Source: Podarcis vaucheri (lineage: Eukaryota). Taken from it: 64,000 bases of DNA. This document shows, piece after piece, positions 11,846 to 22,830 of the stretch. The stretch lies in the NCBI GenBank assembly GCA_965113315.1, contig OZ220363.1; one strand, written 5' to 3'. Within the stretch, counting starts at the first letter, position 1. Every line of letters begins with the position of its first letter. The notes below the pieces were generated by a model. The model was not told the DNA's origin, made no database searches, and saw nothing but the letters and a program-made list of their open reading frames with translations. Made by a program: the position numbers and the translations under genes.

Positions 11846-13623
11846 TACAGAAATCTCCATAAGCCACGTGCCCTTCTCAGACTGTTCCCCATGGCCAGGC
11901 CTACTTTGTGGTCTCCTTGAGTGCTTGTGCATGTGGAATGTGTCGTTGAATTTGATAATGACTCTTCTTTACCTGGATAGAGGATGGAGAGAAGTTGTTG
12001 GGGGTGTCAAAACCTCTGACATTTGCCTAGCTCAGATGTAGACTGCTGAAGAAAGGTAAGAGTTGCATCTGTTTCTCCACTCACTTTTGCTTCTAGTCAC
12101 ATCCACTAATATCCTCTGTCCTTACCCATCATTGTAAGGCAGGTTACTCCTAAGGAACTGTGGTGTTTGGACAAAAAAGAGTTCCCCACCCCTGCCTTAA
12201 ATAATACAGCTGTGGTATAAAATCAACCCTGTGTGAAACCGAAGGTAGCAAAAGCTGAACCAGACTCCTAGTTGTTATCTGAAAAATAAAAATAAACAGA
12301 TATGCTGAAAGTGATGCATACAAGTGAAATGCAAGAACAGGATGATCCCAATTAATATCTTTGCTATTTCAGCTGTAAACTCCAACCACGGAGGGTCCTT
12401 TTAATGAGCATATTAGCATTACACTTTGTTACTGAAATTGCCATCGTTTTGAGATTGTGAGATTTATTGCATTATAACAGGAGCAGGTTATGTCTACCCA
12501 TGATCTTGGGAGAGGGACCTCGACTAATTTATTCCTATTAAGGGCACCTTCTCGATATTCTTCTCCTTTCGTGGAAATTAATACAATGAGATCTGTTGTT
12601 ACAGAAAGACCTCTGAGAGCTAGCCCAACATTTCCTTTCAATAATGATTCGCATGATTGAGACTTAATGAGTTTCACAAAACCTCTTTGCTTTGCACCAA
12701 ACAGGCAGCAACTACACTCTTGCGCGTTTGACTCAGTGTGAATCAGCTCATTAGGAAACGCTTCAGGCGCACCATTTGAAATGCAGCAATGTAGGCAGAG
12801 AGGACAAACAGAACAGTGCATGCAACCTAGAAAATGAAAAACAGGCAACAGTAGACCTTTTTTTGAAAGTTCAGTTAAACAATGTAGAATTCAGCTCTTC
12901 TGATACTGTAAGAAATGTGAATGCCAAGTGTCACAGACATTAAAAATCCAAAACTAATGGTCCCAATCCATTGGTTGCACACGATAAGGCGCCCCCCCCA
13001 CCAACCAAGCGAGTGGCCTTAGACAGGAAACAAGAGTCTGCAGTCTCAACTCTATTGCAAATTTACCTCTGTAGAACTCTTCCCTGCGGGAGGTGCATAA
13101 ATCTCAATATGTCATGAATGGGGAACCTATTTCATGAGAAAATTAAAATTCAAAAATTATGGGCCCACACGAGATGGAGGTGGAGTGGGAGAGAAGATAG
13201 GAGAAGGCTAAAAACAGGTTGCTGTGGTGGTGGTGTTTGTTTGTTTGTTTAAAGCTGAAGGTAAACCATGGAACACTCTGCCACACATGGAACATTATTA
13301 GATTAGTTCATCTCAACAGGGGACAGAGGAGGGGCAAGGGGAGTAACTGGTTCCGCAAAGGATTATGAGAGTTACTTCACAGTCTGATTTCTTCCCTCTC
13401 CAGGAACTCTCATACAGGACTTGGAAAAGGGAAGAATTCCCGACAAAAACAGAAGGATAGATGAGGATAAGTACAAGCAAACAATTAATGATGACATAAT
13501 ACTTTGAATATAAAATGGCTTTCTCCCCTCTTTCAGAAACCTGCATTGTCAAGGCCTAACCAAAGTCCACAAATGAGAGGCAGAGGGGTAGCTATGCATG
13601 TAGATGTGACTCAAAACAGAGTG

Positions 13624-14093
13624 CAGTGGTGCCTCGCAAGACGAAATTAATTCGTTCCGCAAGTTTTTTCTTCTTGCGAGTTTTTCGTCTTGCGAAGCAC
13701 GGTTTCCCATAGGAATGCATTGAAAATCAATCAATGCATTCCTATGGAGACCGTCCAGGGACAGAGGGGACCTGTTTTAAAGCAAGGGAAGGGGCAGTGG
13801 GGAGAATCGCTTCTCCCCGTTGCCGCCCCTTGGTTCAAAAGGGGTCTGGGGACAGAGGGGAAGGCGCGCGCCTTCCCCTCTGTCCCCGGAGATTGCAGGG
13901 CTGGCAACGGGGAGAAGCGATCTTCTCCCTGCCGCCCCTTGCTTCAAAAGAGGTCCAGGGTGCGGGGGCAATCTTCGTTTTGTTAAGCAAGCCCATAGGG
14001 AAATTCGTCTTGCGAAGCAACTTGAAAACGAAAAAACCTTTCGTCTTGCGAGTTTTTCGTCTCGCGAGGCGTTCGTCTTGCGGGGCACCACTG
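13624..14093. mobile_element. Tc1/mariner (Tigger-like) MITE family B, CpG-rich
   Basis: TIR CAGTGGTGCCTCGCAAGACGAA / TTCGTCTTGCGGGGCACCACTG; repeated TTCGTCTTGCG motifs. Confidence 0.88.
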
Positions 14094-14985
14094 TGTTTTA
14101 TTCGAATCCCCACTCAGTCACAAAATACTAGGAGACCTTGAGACCATGTCTATCTCTTCACCCAGGGATGGGGAACGCCTGGCCTTCTAGATGTTGCTGG
14201 ACTACAACTTCATCACCCCTGACCAGTGATATGGGCCCCTCCAGACTGGTGTTTATTGCGGGTGTATTCTACAACGTGTTATTGACACAATTAGAATGCA
14301 TTACGGGCAGACTGATTCTGCTTTAGCTTGTTCTGCAATGCTACCCCAATGTTGCCACATAATTACTGTTGGGAGGGGCTACAGCACAACAAAAGTGGAG
14401 CAAAAATAAACAGGAACATTTGTGGTACTGAGAGTTACCAGATTTCAGCAGGAAGGTGTGGGATATACACTGACTGAAAATGAGGCAGTGTGACTGCTTT
14501 AAATCTTTTTGCTGCAACAAACAGAATCAAATGCAAGATGGCCATGATAGCACCATAAGCACACATCATCATGAATGCACCATAAAAATGATGTCCAGAG
14601 GGGCTGGGCCTGATGGGAATTGGAGCCCAAGAAGATCTAAAGGGCCACAGGTTCCATATCCCTGTCTTAGCCTAACATATCCCATAAAGTTTGTAGGGCA
14701 GCAGTTGAAGAAGGAGCAAAAAGGGTTTTCTTGTGTGTGTGTGTTTCTTGGTGGCTGATTAGCTGTTTTCCCTGTGTAAAGGTCAGAGGGGGCAGGGTTT
14801 CTGTTGAGGCAGGGGATTAGCTGTGGGAGGAGCTTATCAGAGTTTGTAGGGCAGCGGCGCGCGTCTAGCGGCGCGCGCAGTTATACCCATCTTTTAGATT
14901 TAGGGGAGCTAGTCTCAAACGTTTGTTGGGGGAGACCTAGGGTTTTTTTGTGGGGGAAGTTATTTGTCCTGTCTTCAAGCTTTTT

Positions 14986-16059
14986 ATGATGGAGGACCTC
15001 TGTAGCCACCCCCAACAACACGATCTCATGATGGAAGGGGAGGGAACAGCTGCAGTCGCCTGCGATTCCTGCGCAATGTTTGCCATCTTGCCAAAGGTTG
15101 CAGGCAGCTTTACCTGCAGCAATTGCATGTTGATTGCCCTATTAAAAGACAAAGTCCATCAACTGGAGGAACGTGTAGCTACGCTCCAAAGAATTAGAGA
15201 GCTGGAGCTCTTCTTGGAAGCAACAGAGCACACCGTCCCCACCAAGGAGGAGACAGGGGACTCCCCTGAGAAGGAGGCTTGTTCACCAACACAGGAGCCA
15301 GATATATGGAGAAACGTGACTCAAAGAAGTAGGAGGGCCAGGGTCCACTCTGATTGTCTAGAAATACACAATCGCTTTGAGGTCCTCTCCCCTAGCATGG
15401 AAGACGAAGAGCAGACTCCATTTGAGGATCTCTCCCTCATTACAGTCGATCAGGTATATGAAGACGAGCAGCAAAGTCAGTCCTCAGGGAATGTGCAGGT
15501 GACCTTGGAACGGACAGCTCACGGAAGAACCCCGACCAAACCCAAGAGGAGGCGTGTAGTGGTGATAGGGGATTCCCTACTGAGGGGAACAGAAGCAGTG
15601 ATCTGTGGGCCTGACAAGATGTCTCGGGAAGTGTGCTGTCTCCCCGGGGCTAAGATCCAAGATGTAACTGAACGACTGCAAGGAATCATAAAACCCACTG
15701 ACGAATACCCCTTCCTCTTGGTTCATGTGGGAACCAATGACACTGCAAGCAATAGCCTCCAGAAGATCAAAAGAGACTACGAGGCTCTCGGCAGGAAATT
15801 GAAGCAACTAAATGCACAAATTGTCATCTCGTCTGTCCTCCCAGTTGAACGACGTGGCCCAGGGAGAGAGGGGAAAATAGTGGAAGTGAACAGCTGGCTT
15901 CGCAAATGGTGTAAACAGGAACGGTTTGGATTCTTAGATCACGGACTGCAGTTTCTTGAAGATGGACTTCTGGCAAGCGATGGGCTGCACCTCACAACGG
16001 TTGGGAGAAATGTTTTTGCCAAAAATCTCAGAAACCTCATCAGGAGGGCTTTAAACTGA
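14986..16059 (+). CDS. CR1 ORF1p: CxxC/CxxC putative zinc finger, coiled coil, SGNH/GDSL esterase domain
   Basis: CDSC...CSNC; heptad-like [23 protein letters not shown]; SGNH blocks [31 protein letters not shown]. First ATG is at 14986 (the track start 14950 is GTG); alternative ATG at 15028. Confidence 0.93.
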   Translation: MMEDLCSHPQQHDLMMEGEGTAAVACDSCAMFAILPKVAGSFTCSNCMLIALLKDKVHQLEERVATLQRIRELELFLEATEHTVPTKEETGDSPEKEACSPTQEPDIWRNVTQRSRRARVHSDCLEIHNRFEVLSPSMEDEEQTPFEDLSLITVDQVYEDEQQSQSSGNVQVTLERTAHGRTPTKPKRRRVVVIGDSLLRGTEAVICGPDKMSREVCCLPGAKIQDVTERLQGIIKPTDEYPFLLVHVGTNDTASNSLQKIKRDYEALGRKLKQLNAQIVISSVLPVERRGPGREGKIVEVNSWLRKWCKQERFGFLDHGLQFLEDGLLASDGLHLTTVGRNVFAKNLRNLIRRALN

Positions 16060-16064
16060 CTAAT

Positions 16065-18986
16065 GTGGGGGAGGGAGACAATGCTCCTGAAGGTAGGAGT
16101 CTATCAATTAATGAAGATGATCATCCAAATGTCATAGACCAAATGGAGCAAACAGCACGCGGACCTAGTGGTGGGAGGAAAAAATCCTTAAATAAGAGAC
16201 ACGGGGGAATGATTAATGGACTTCAATGTCTGTACACTAATGCGCAAAGCATGGGAAATAAACAAGATGAGCTTGAGCTCTTGGTACAGCAAACAAAATA
16301 TGACATAATAGGCATCACTGAAACCTGGTGGGATAAGTCCCACGATTGGAATGTAATAATGGGGGGATACAATCTATTTCAGAGAAACAGACCAGACAAG
16401 AAAGGAGGAGGAGTGGCGTTATATGTCAGGGATGTGTATACCTGTGAAGAGATCCAAGATTTAGAACCTCAAAGCCAAAGTGAGAGCATTTGGGTCAAAA
16501 TTAAGGGAGAGAAGAATAACAGAGACCTCATTGTGGGAGTTTACTATAGATCCCCAAGCCAAACGGAGGACATAGATGATGCCTTCCTGGAACAGATGGC
16601 CAAGCATGCAAAAGGAAGGGAGATAGTAGTAATGGGGGACTTCAATTACCCGGATATTTGTTGGACGTCAAACTCAGCCAAGAGCATAAGGTCAAACAGA
16701 TTCCTCACTGGCCTTGCAGACAACTTCATTGTCCAGAAAGTGGGAGAAGCAACAAGAGGAACAGCCATTTTAGATCTGGTCCTAACCAATGTTGATGACC
16801 TGGTTAGTGGGGTAGATGTGGAAGGATCATTAGGCGCGAGTGATCATGCTCTTCTGAAGTTTACTATACAGCGGAAAGGAGCAGCCAAGCATACTAGGAC
16901 TCAATTTCTTGACTTTAAGAAAGCCGACTTCATAAAACTTAGGGAAGTGCTGGGTGAGATCCCATGGACAGCAATACTTAAAGGAAAGGGAGTTCATGAT
17001 GGCTGGGAGTTTGTTAAGAGGGAGATAGTAAAAGCACAACGACAGGCAATACCAATGAGACAGAAACATGGAAGGTGCCTAAAGAAGCCAGGGTGGCTAT
17101 ATAAAGAACTTTTAACTGAATTAAGATTAAAAAAGGATGTGTACAAAAAATGGAAAAGGGGGGAAACCACCAAAGAGGAATTCAAACAAATAGCCAGCAC
17201 GTGTAGACACAAAGTCAGAAAAGCTAAAGCACAGAATGAACTCAGGCTTGCTAGAGAGGTTAAAAGCAACAAAAAAGGCTTTTATGGGTATGTTCGTAGC
17301 AAAAGGAAGAACAAAGAAACTGTGGGGTCACTCAGAGGAGAAGATGGTGAAATGCAAACAGGGGACACAGAAAGGGCTGAACTACTCAATGCCTTCTTTG
17401 CCTCAGTCTTCTCCGATAAAGAAAACAATGCCCGACCTGAAGAATTTGGAGCAAATGATTCAGCAAAGGAAACACAGCCCAGAATAACTAAGGAGATAGT
17501 ACAAGAATATTTGGCTAGTTTAGATGTATTCAAGTCTCCAGGGCCAGATGAACTGCATCCAAGAGTATTAAAAGAACTGGCAGATGTGATCTCAGAACCA
17601 CTGGCAGTCATCTTTGAGAATTCCTGGAGAACAGGCGAAGTCCCGGCAGACTGGAGGAGGGCAAATGTTGTCCCTATTTTCAAAAAGGGGAAAAGAGAGG
17701 ACCCAAATAATTACCGCCCAGTCAGTCTGACATCAATACCAGGGAAGATTCTGGAGCAGATCATTAAGCAAACAGTCTGTGAGCACCTAGAAAGGAATGC
17801 TGTGATCACCAATAGTCAGCATGGATTTCTGAAAAATAAGTCATGTCAGACTAACCTGATCTCGTTTTTTGACAGAATTACAAGCCTGGTAGATGAAGGG
17901 AACGCAGTGGATGTAGCTTACCTTGATTTCAGCAAGGCATTTGACAAGGTACCCCATGATATTCTTGTAAAGAAGCTGGTAAAATGCGGTCTTGACTATG
18001 CTACCACTCAGTGGATTTGTAACTGGCTGACTGACCGAACCCAAAGGGTGCTCATCAATGGTTCCTCTTCATCCTGGAGAAGAGTGACTAGTGGGGTGCC
18101 ACAGGGTTCTGTCTTGGGCCCGGTCTTATTCAACATCTTTATCAACGACTTGGATGATGGACTCAAGGGCATCCTGATCAAATTTGCAGATGACACCAAA
18201 CTGGGAGGGGTGGCTAACACCCCAGAGGACAGGATCACACTTCAAAACGACCTTGACAGATTAGAGAACTGGGCAAAAACAAACAAGATGAATTTTAACA
18301 GGGAGAAATGTAAAGTATTGCACTTGGGCAAAAAAAATGAGAGGCACAAATACAAGATGGGTGACACCTGGCTTGAGAGCAGTACATGTGAAAAGGATCT
18401 AGGAGTCTTGGTTGACCACAAACTTGACATGAGCCAACAGTGTGATGCGGCAGCTAAAAAAGCCAATGCAATTCTGGGCTGCATCAATAGGAGTATAGCA
18501 TCTAGATCAAGGGAAGTAATAGTGCCACTGTATTCTGCTCTGGTCAGACCACACCTGGAGTACTGTGTCCAGTTCTGGGCACCACAATTCAAGAGGGACA
18601 CTGACAAACTGGAACGTGTCCAGAGGAGGGCAGCCAAAATGGTCAAAGGCCTGGAAACGATGCCTTATGAGGAACGGCTAAGGGAGCTGGGCATGTTTAG
18701 CCTGCAGAAGAGGAGGTTAAGGGGTGATATGATAGCCATGTTCAAATATATAAAAGGATGTCACATAGAGGAGGGAGAAAGGTTGTTTTCAGCTGCTCCA
18801 GAGAAGTGGACACGGAGCAATGGATCCAAACTACAAGAAAGAAGATTCCACCTAAACATTAGGAAGAACTTCCTGACAGTAAGAGCTGTTCGACAGTGGA
18901 ATTTGCTGCCAAGGAGTGTGGTGGAGTCTCCTTCTTTAGAGGTCTTTAAGCAGAGGCTTGACAACCATATGTCAGGAGTGCTCTGA
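16065..18986 (+). CDS. CR1 ORF2p: APE-type endonuclease plus reverse transcriptase (973 codons, uninterrupted)
   Basis: EN motifs YTNAQS, GITETW, YRSP, MGDFN, LDLVL, SDH; RT motifs [36 protein letters not shown]-like DLGV. True start uncertain: frame open from 15960, GTG at 16065, first ATG at 16143. Confidence 0.96.
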   Translation: MGEGDNAPEGRSLSINEDDHPNVIDQMEQTARGPSGGRKKSLNKRHGGMINGLQCLYTNAQSMGNKQDELELLVQQTKYDIIGITETWWDKSHDWNVIMGGYNLFQRNRPDKKGGGVALYVRDVYTCEEIQDLEPQSQSESIWVKIKGEKNNRDLIVGVYYRSPSQTEDIDDAFLEQMAKHAKGREIVVMGDFNYPDICWTSNSAKSIRSNRFLTGLADNFIVQKVGEATRGTAILDLVLTNVDDLVSGVDVEGSLGASDHALLKFTIQRKGAAKHTRTQFLDFKKADFIKLREVLGEIPWTAILKGKGVHDGWEFVKREIVKAQRQAIPMRQKHGRCLKKPGWLYKELLTELRLKKDVYKKWKRGETTKEEFKQIASTCRHKVRKAKAQNELRLAREVKSNKKGFYGYVRSKRKNKETVGSLRGEDGEMQTGDTERAELLNAFFASVFSDKENNARPEEFGANDSAKETQPRITKEIVQEYLASLDVFKSPGPDELHPRVLKELADVISEPLAVIFENSWRTGEVPADWRRANVVPIFKKGKREDPNNYRPVSLTSIPGKILEQIIKQTVCEHLERNAVITNSQHGFLKNKSCQTNLISFFDRITSLVDEGNAVDVAYLDFSKAFDKVPHDILVKKLVKCGLDYATTQWICNWLTDRTQRVLINGSSSSWRRVTSGVPQGSVLGPVLFNIFINDLDDGLKGILIKFADDTKLGGVANTPEDRITLQNDLDRLENWAKTNKMNFNREKCKVLHLGKKNERHKYKMGDTWLESSTCEKDLGVLVDHKLDMSQQCDAAAKKANAILGCINRSIASRSREVIVPLYSALVRPHLEYCVQFWAPQFKRDTDKLERVQRRAAKMVKGLETMPYEERLRELGMFSLQKRRLRGDMIAMFKYIKGCHIEEGERLFSAAPEKWTRSNGSKLQERRFHLNIRKNFLTVRAVRQWNLLPRSVVESPSLEVFKQRLDNHMSGVL

Positions 18987-20504
18987 TGGTGTTTCCTGCT
19001 TGGCAGGGGGTTGGACTCGATGGCCCTTGTGGTCTCTTCCAACTCTATGATTCTATCATTCTATGATTCTAAGTTGTTGTATGGATAAAATGTGGGCCTC
19101 CTCTGCACACTTCCCTGTCCCTGTTTCTCCAAGGAAGAACAGAATATGGACAGGAATAATAAATCAAATCCAGCAAACAGTTTGACACCCTCAAGCCACT
19201 TACACTGCAGTTGTCACATCACCCATGAAAAATAATCCGAAGTATGTCCATTGTTGCAGAAATGAGTTCTTCACTTTCACAACCATCTTTCTGAAGTTGG
19301 CCATTTCTTCAAAGTGACACTTTCTTTTATCGATGATCATAGTGTCTTCTTCCAGGTTCATATGAGAGTCTAGGGCATCAATGGGAATCTGACCTCTCTC
19401 AGCGCAAATGCATCGTAATTTATTAATGCAGGGTTGTCAAAGCATCAATACCTTCAAGAAACAGATTCCAAGAGTGTTGACACTGAAGCTGAAAAACTAG
19501 TAACTGGCTGCAAAGATACAACAATATATTCTTGGGATTTCCCTCTGTCTCCCAAACTGTGGCTGTGGAAAACTGATCAGACTTGTCATTGTCCACCAGA
19601 TTCATGCAGCTCTTGTTAATAGTTTCAGTGATCTAAAAATATTTTTGCGGCAGCTGTTATATCTTACATTTTTTTGTCAGAAAAGAGAAAAGAATCTAGT
19701 GTGTAAGTAGCATAGTCAAATGAAAAACATATGCCCATAGTTAATAGTATACAAAAAGAGCACTATGTATATCACTGAAAAAACGAATAACATAAGCTTT
19801 CACTATTGGCTTAAATTAATACTTTGCAACCATTTCCCCTTAAAAGGTGTGAACTCTGAGGGAGGGGGAATACTGCTGGGAAAGATGCCCTCTCTAATCT
19901 TAAAACGTGCGAGAATCTAAACAGTTTATTTATATGCAGCATCTTGTATTGATTACATTACGCTACATACTGTGTGAATCAGTAGCATTCAGATATTATT
20001 CCAAGGATTCTGGAGCTTGTAGTGAGTGAACCACCCAAAGATTTGGCTCTCACACTGAGTGTATCTCATACTTATATAATTCCTTACATATCTTGGAAGC
20101 CCCACTGAAATATTCTTCAAAGTGGGTCACAGGGGTTCTGAAAGTGATATGTCAGGTTGCCAGAACCGGCTGTTGGAGACAATGACCACATTCACACCAT
20201 ACATTCAAAGCACTTTAAACAATCGGGGTTTCCCCTAAGGAATTCTGGGAGCTGTAGTTTGCTAAGTGTGCTGAAAATTGTTTGGAGACCCCTACATTCC
20301 CCTCAGTTTACAGAGCGATTTAACAATCAGTTCCACAACACAAGGAACCGTAGCTTTGTGTGGTGCATGTGTTCTTTCCTCGTAGCAACTTCTCATGCAT
20401 TTATGTTTCAATTATTTGATATTTGACCTAACTTGTCATTACAGATGTGGGATGCATTGGGCATGATCCATAGGAGAGATAAATAGGATAACCTACTTCC
20501 CAGG

Positions 20505-20970
20505 GTATCAGGGACTGGCTGGATGATGAAGAGTGTCGGGAGACACCAGTCCAAGACCTCCCCAGGGATGACACAGAGGAAGAAGACTTAGACCCAGGAC
20601 AGTGGTGGTGGAACACTGAGGACAGATCTGAGGAGGGGACCAGCTGGGAGGTGGAAGAAGCAGGAGGCTCGAGTGAACACGGGGAGGTAGAAGAAGGAAG
20701 CTGTTCAAGCACTCAGCTGAGAGCCTGGGGTCTCAGTTTGAGCGCAGACTCTGACAGAGAGGAGCCATTTGCCTCACTTTCACAGCAGCTGCCAGCCCTT
20801 CTACAGCGAGCTCTCCTTTTCCACTGACACCCAAATGGTGAGGAGCCTTGCACACTGCTGAGCAGTGGATGGGGTCCCTCCTCCTCACCGTAGTTTACGT
20901 CTGCTTGGGAGGAGTCCAGAGGCAGAGGGCTAGAGAGGGAAGCAGGGGCCAGATGCCAGTCTCAGCAACA
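20505..20970 (+). mobile_element. Probable degenerate LTR-like element, purine-rich
   Basis: Begins tatcagggactggctgg (degenerate TGTCA), ends ...cagcaaca; composition differs sharply from the flanks. No TSD found. Confidence 0.4.
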
Positions 20971-21069
20971 TCTTCCAACTAGGGCCAGCTAGCCCAATTT
21001 CAGCATATGTGTGTAGTTACTCTCACAAACGCCATACTATGCTTTGAACAGCATTTACAAGATAAGGTT

Positions 21070-22250
21070 TTAGAACTGGCAAGGACCTCGAGGGTCATGG
21101 AGTCAAACCCCGCCCCCCCTGCTGAGTGAGGATCCACAATGCAGCGTGCAACTACAGTATCCATGGCAGATGATGTGCAGCTTCTACTTAAGTATCACCA
21201 GCTCACTGTAATGTATGCATCACCTATTAAATATCTGGCACGTGTGACCTTTCAGAGAAATGGCTATGATGCAGGAGGAGTTCGGCTCCAAGACAGCTGT
21301 CTCAGTGTAGTGGCCTGGCTAAAGAAGTGAATTATTACTCCGTGCAGTTCCCAAGCCTCTTCAGAAATACCCTTAACTCAGCTTTTCACGAGTTTCTAAA
21401 TAAGCAGCAGAAGACAACACACTCGCTGCCTCCCACGGCAGCCTGTTCCACTGTCAACGACACTCCTACCTTTAGGAAGTGTCCTGTTATGTTATCCAAA
21501 ATCTGCTTCCTTGTAATTTCCACTCATTAGTTCTAGTCCTGCCCTCTGAAGAGGATCAGATTAAGACATGCTGAGGCCCTAAACTATGTCAAAGCTTATG
21601 AGGTCCCATAGCATTGCACCCCCACCTCACCCCCCTGTCAAAAGTGTATTGTTTCAACAGAACAGGCAATGAAAATAGAAAAAACTGAAGTGTTATATTT
21701 ACATGTGTACTGAAACTATTAAAATGTATACCTTGCAATAAGCTTATTTGCACATGAAACATTTAAATAAAAATATATTGATTTCTTACTTAGCATATAT
21801 GAAAGTTATATTATCAATTTTCCTGCACAGATTTATAAACACAATACAATAAATAATTGTGCAACCATTAAGTGCATTTTTGCCATATCATAATAATGTC
21901 TGTTTTCGATTAAGCTTCCCCCCATTTCCTTTATTTGCCAGTTGTGTAAACACTGGAAACTTAATAAGCTCTTTTATGTGGAGACTCTTCAAAATCTGAG
22001 GACCTAAACTTACCTTGTGCGTAAATCTGGCACTGCCTACAAAGCAAAAGAGAACAAGTCTTCTCTATCTTCTCCATTACAGCTCTTCAGATATTTGAAG
22101 GCAGCTGCCATGTCTCCTGTTAACCTTCTCTTTTCCAGGTTAAATATATACCCAGGCCTTTCAACTGTTCCTTCTAGGACTTGGTTTCCACCCTCACCAC
22201 CCCAGTTACCTTCCTCTGGATAACTTTCCAGTTTGCCAATATTCCTCTTT
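21070..22250 (-). mobile_element. Old fragmented CR1 3' region, interrupted by other insertions
   Basis: Reverse-complement similarity to the CR1 ORF2 C-terminus and 3' UTR at ~21070-21170, 21435-21550 and 22040-22250. Confidence 0.7.
21550..22035. mobile_element. hAT-like non-autonomous element inside the old CR1
   Basis: Degenerate termini (ggatcagattaag ... taaatctggcactg), subterminal repeat ctgaggccctaaact/ctgaggacctaaact, AT-rich interior. Confidence 0.5.
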
Positions 22251-22369
22251 AACTCACTTTAATAGCATTCTTGTTTCACCACAAACACCACCACCATTGT
22301 AGGCCACAGCACCGCTAGCCAGTAGTTACCGAGGAAGGGGAAGAAGAAGAAGTAGAGGAGGAAGAGGAG

Positions 22370-22490
22370 GAGGAGGAGGAGTAATATTTTTGGTACCCTG
22401 TCTATCTGACTGGGCTGCCACTCTGGGCATCTTCCAACATAATATACAGAAACGCAACAACAACAACCACACAACACAACACATTAAAAG
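22370..22490 (-). mobile_element. L2-type 3' UTR remnant
   Basis: ccctgtctatctgactgggctgccactctgggcatcttccaaca matches the tail at 53040-53090. Confidence 0.65.
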
Positions 22491-22504
22491 TGTCCTGATC
22501 GACA

Positions 22505-22830
22505 GTGTGCATTCAGTAAGAAATAGATGAGACCCAGCATGGGATCAAAATGGTCACAATTTTATTGATTACAGATGTAAGCCAGATTTGGCATAGGCAT
22601 TCGGTATGTATCCTGAATCAGTCAACCCAATTGCTGGCTAATATTTCCATCAGGGTCAATCCTGGCAAAAGGGCACACTCATCCCCATTGACGCAGAACT
22701 AATGGGGAAATCCCACCAGGACACTTTTCAGGGCTGTTCTATGGCCCATCATGTCCCTCTGGGCTTTCAGACAGAACTCTGCCTTGGGCCCCTTTACCAG
22801 GGTACCCTGAGTTTTATCCACCCACCCCCA
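22505..22830 (-). mobile_element. Possible LTR remnant
   Basis: TG start with nearby TTTATT (minus-strand polyA signal) in an LTR U5-like arrangement; boundaries uncertain. Confidence 0.3.

Larger units (their letters stand above)
14692..19070 (+). mobile_element. Full-length, apparently intact CR1 LINE (~4.4 kb)
   Basis: Two long open ORFs, short 3' UTR ending in a CR1-type (ATTCTATG)n tail at ~19043-19070, and a 5-bp duplication AAGTT at 14687-14691 and 19071-19075. The flanks rejoin into an older SINE-like tract (tcttagcctaacatatcccataaagtt|gttgtatggataaaatg). Confidence 0.96.

Noticed and set aside
12429-12848. 139-aa minus-strand ORF with a strong-looking acceptor (ttttcattttctag)
   Set aside because: No recognisable protein, TTG start and no clear donor; more likely non-coding.
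13690-14141. Five overlapping ~100-aa ORFs
   Set aside because: They arise from the GC-rich, stop-poor MITE interior.
15577-19042. Several antisense and alternative-frame ORFs over the CR1
   Set aside because: Shadow ORFs of the CR1 coding sequence with no recognisable motifs.
19204-19633. Possible minus-strand exon (tttttag acceptor, gtaagt donor at 19198-19203)
   Set aside because: No open frame spans it and the polypyrimidine tract is weak; it could only be non-coding and is unsupported without RNA data.
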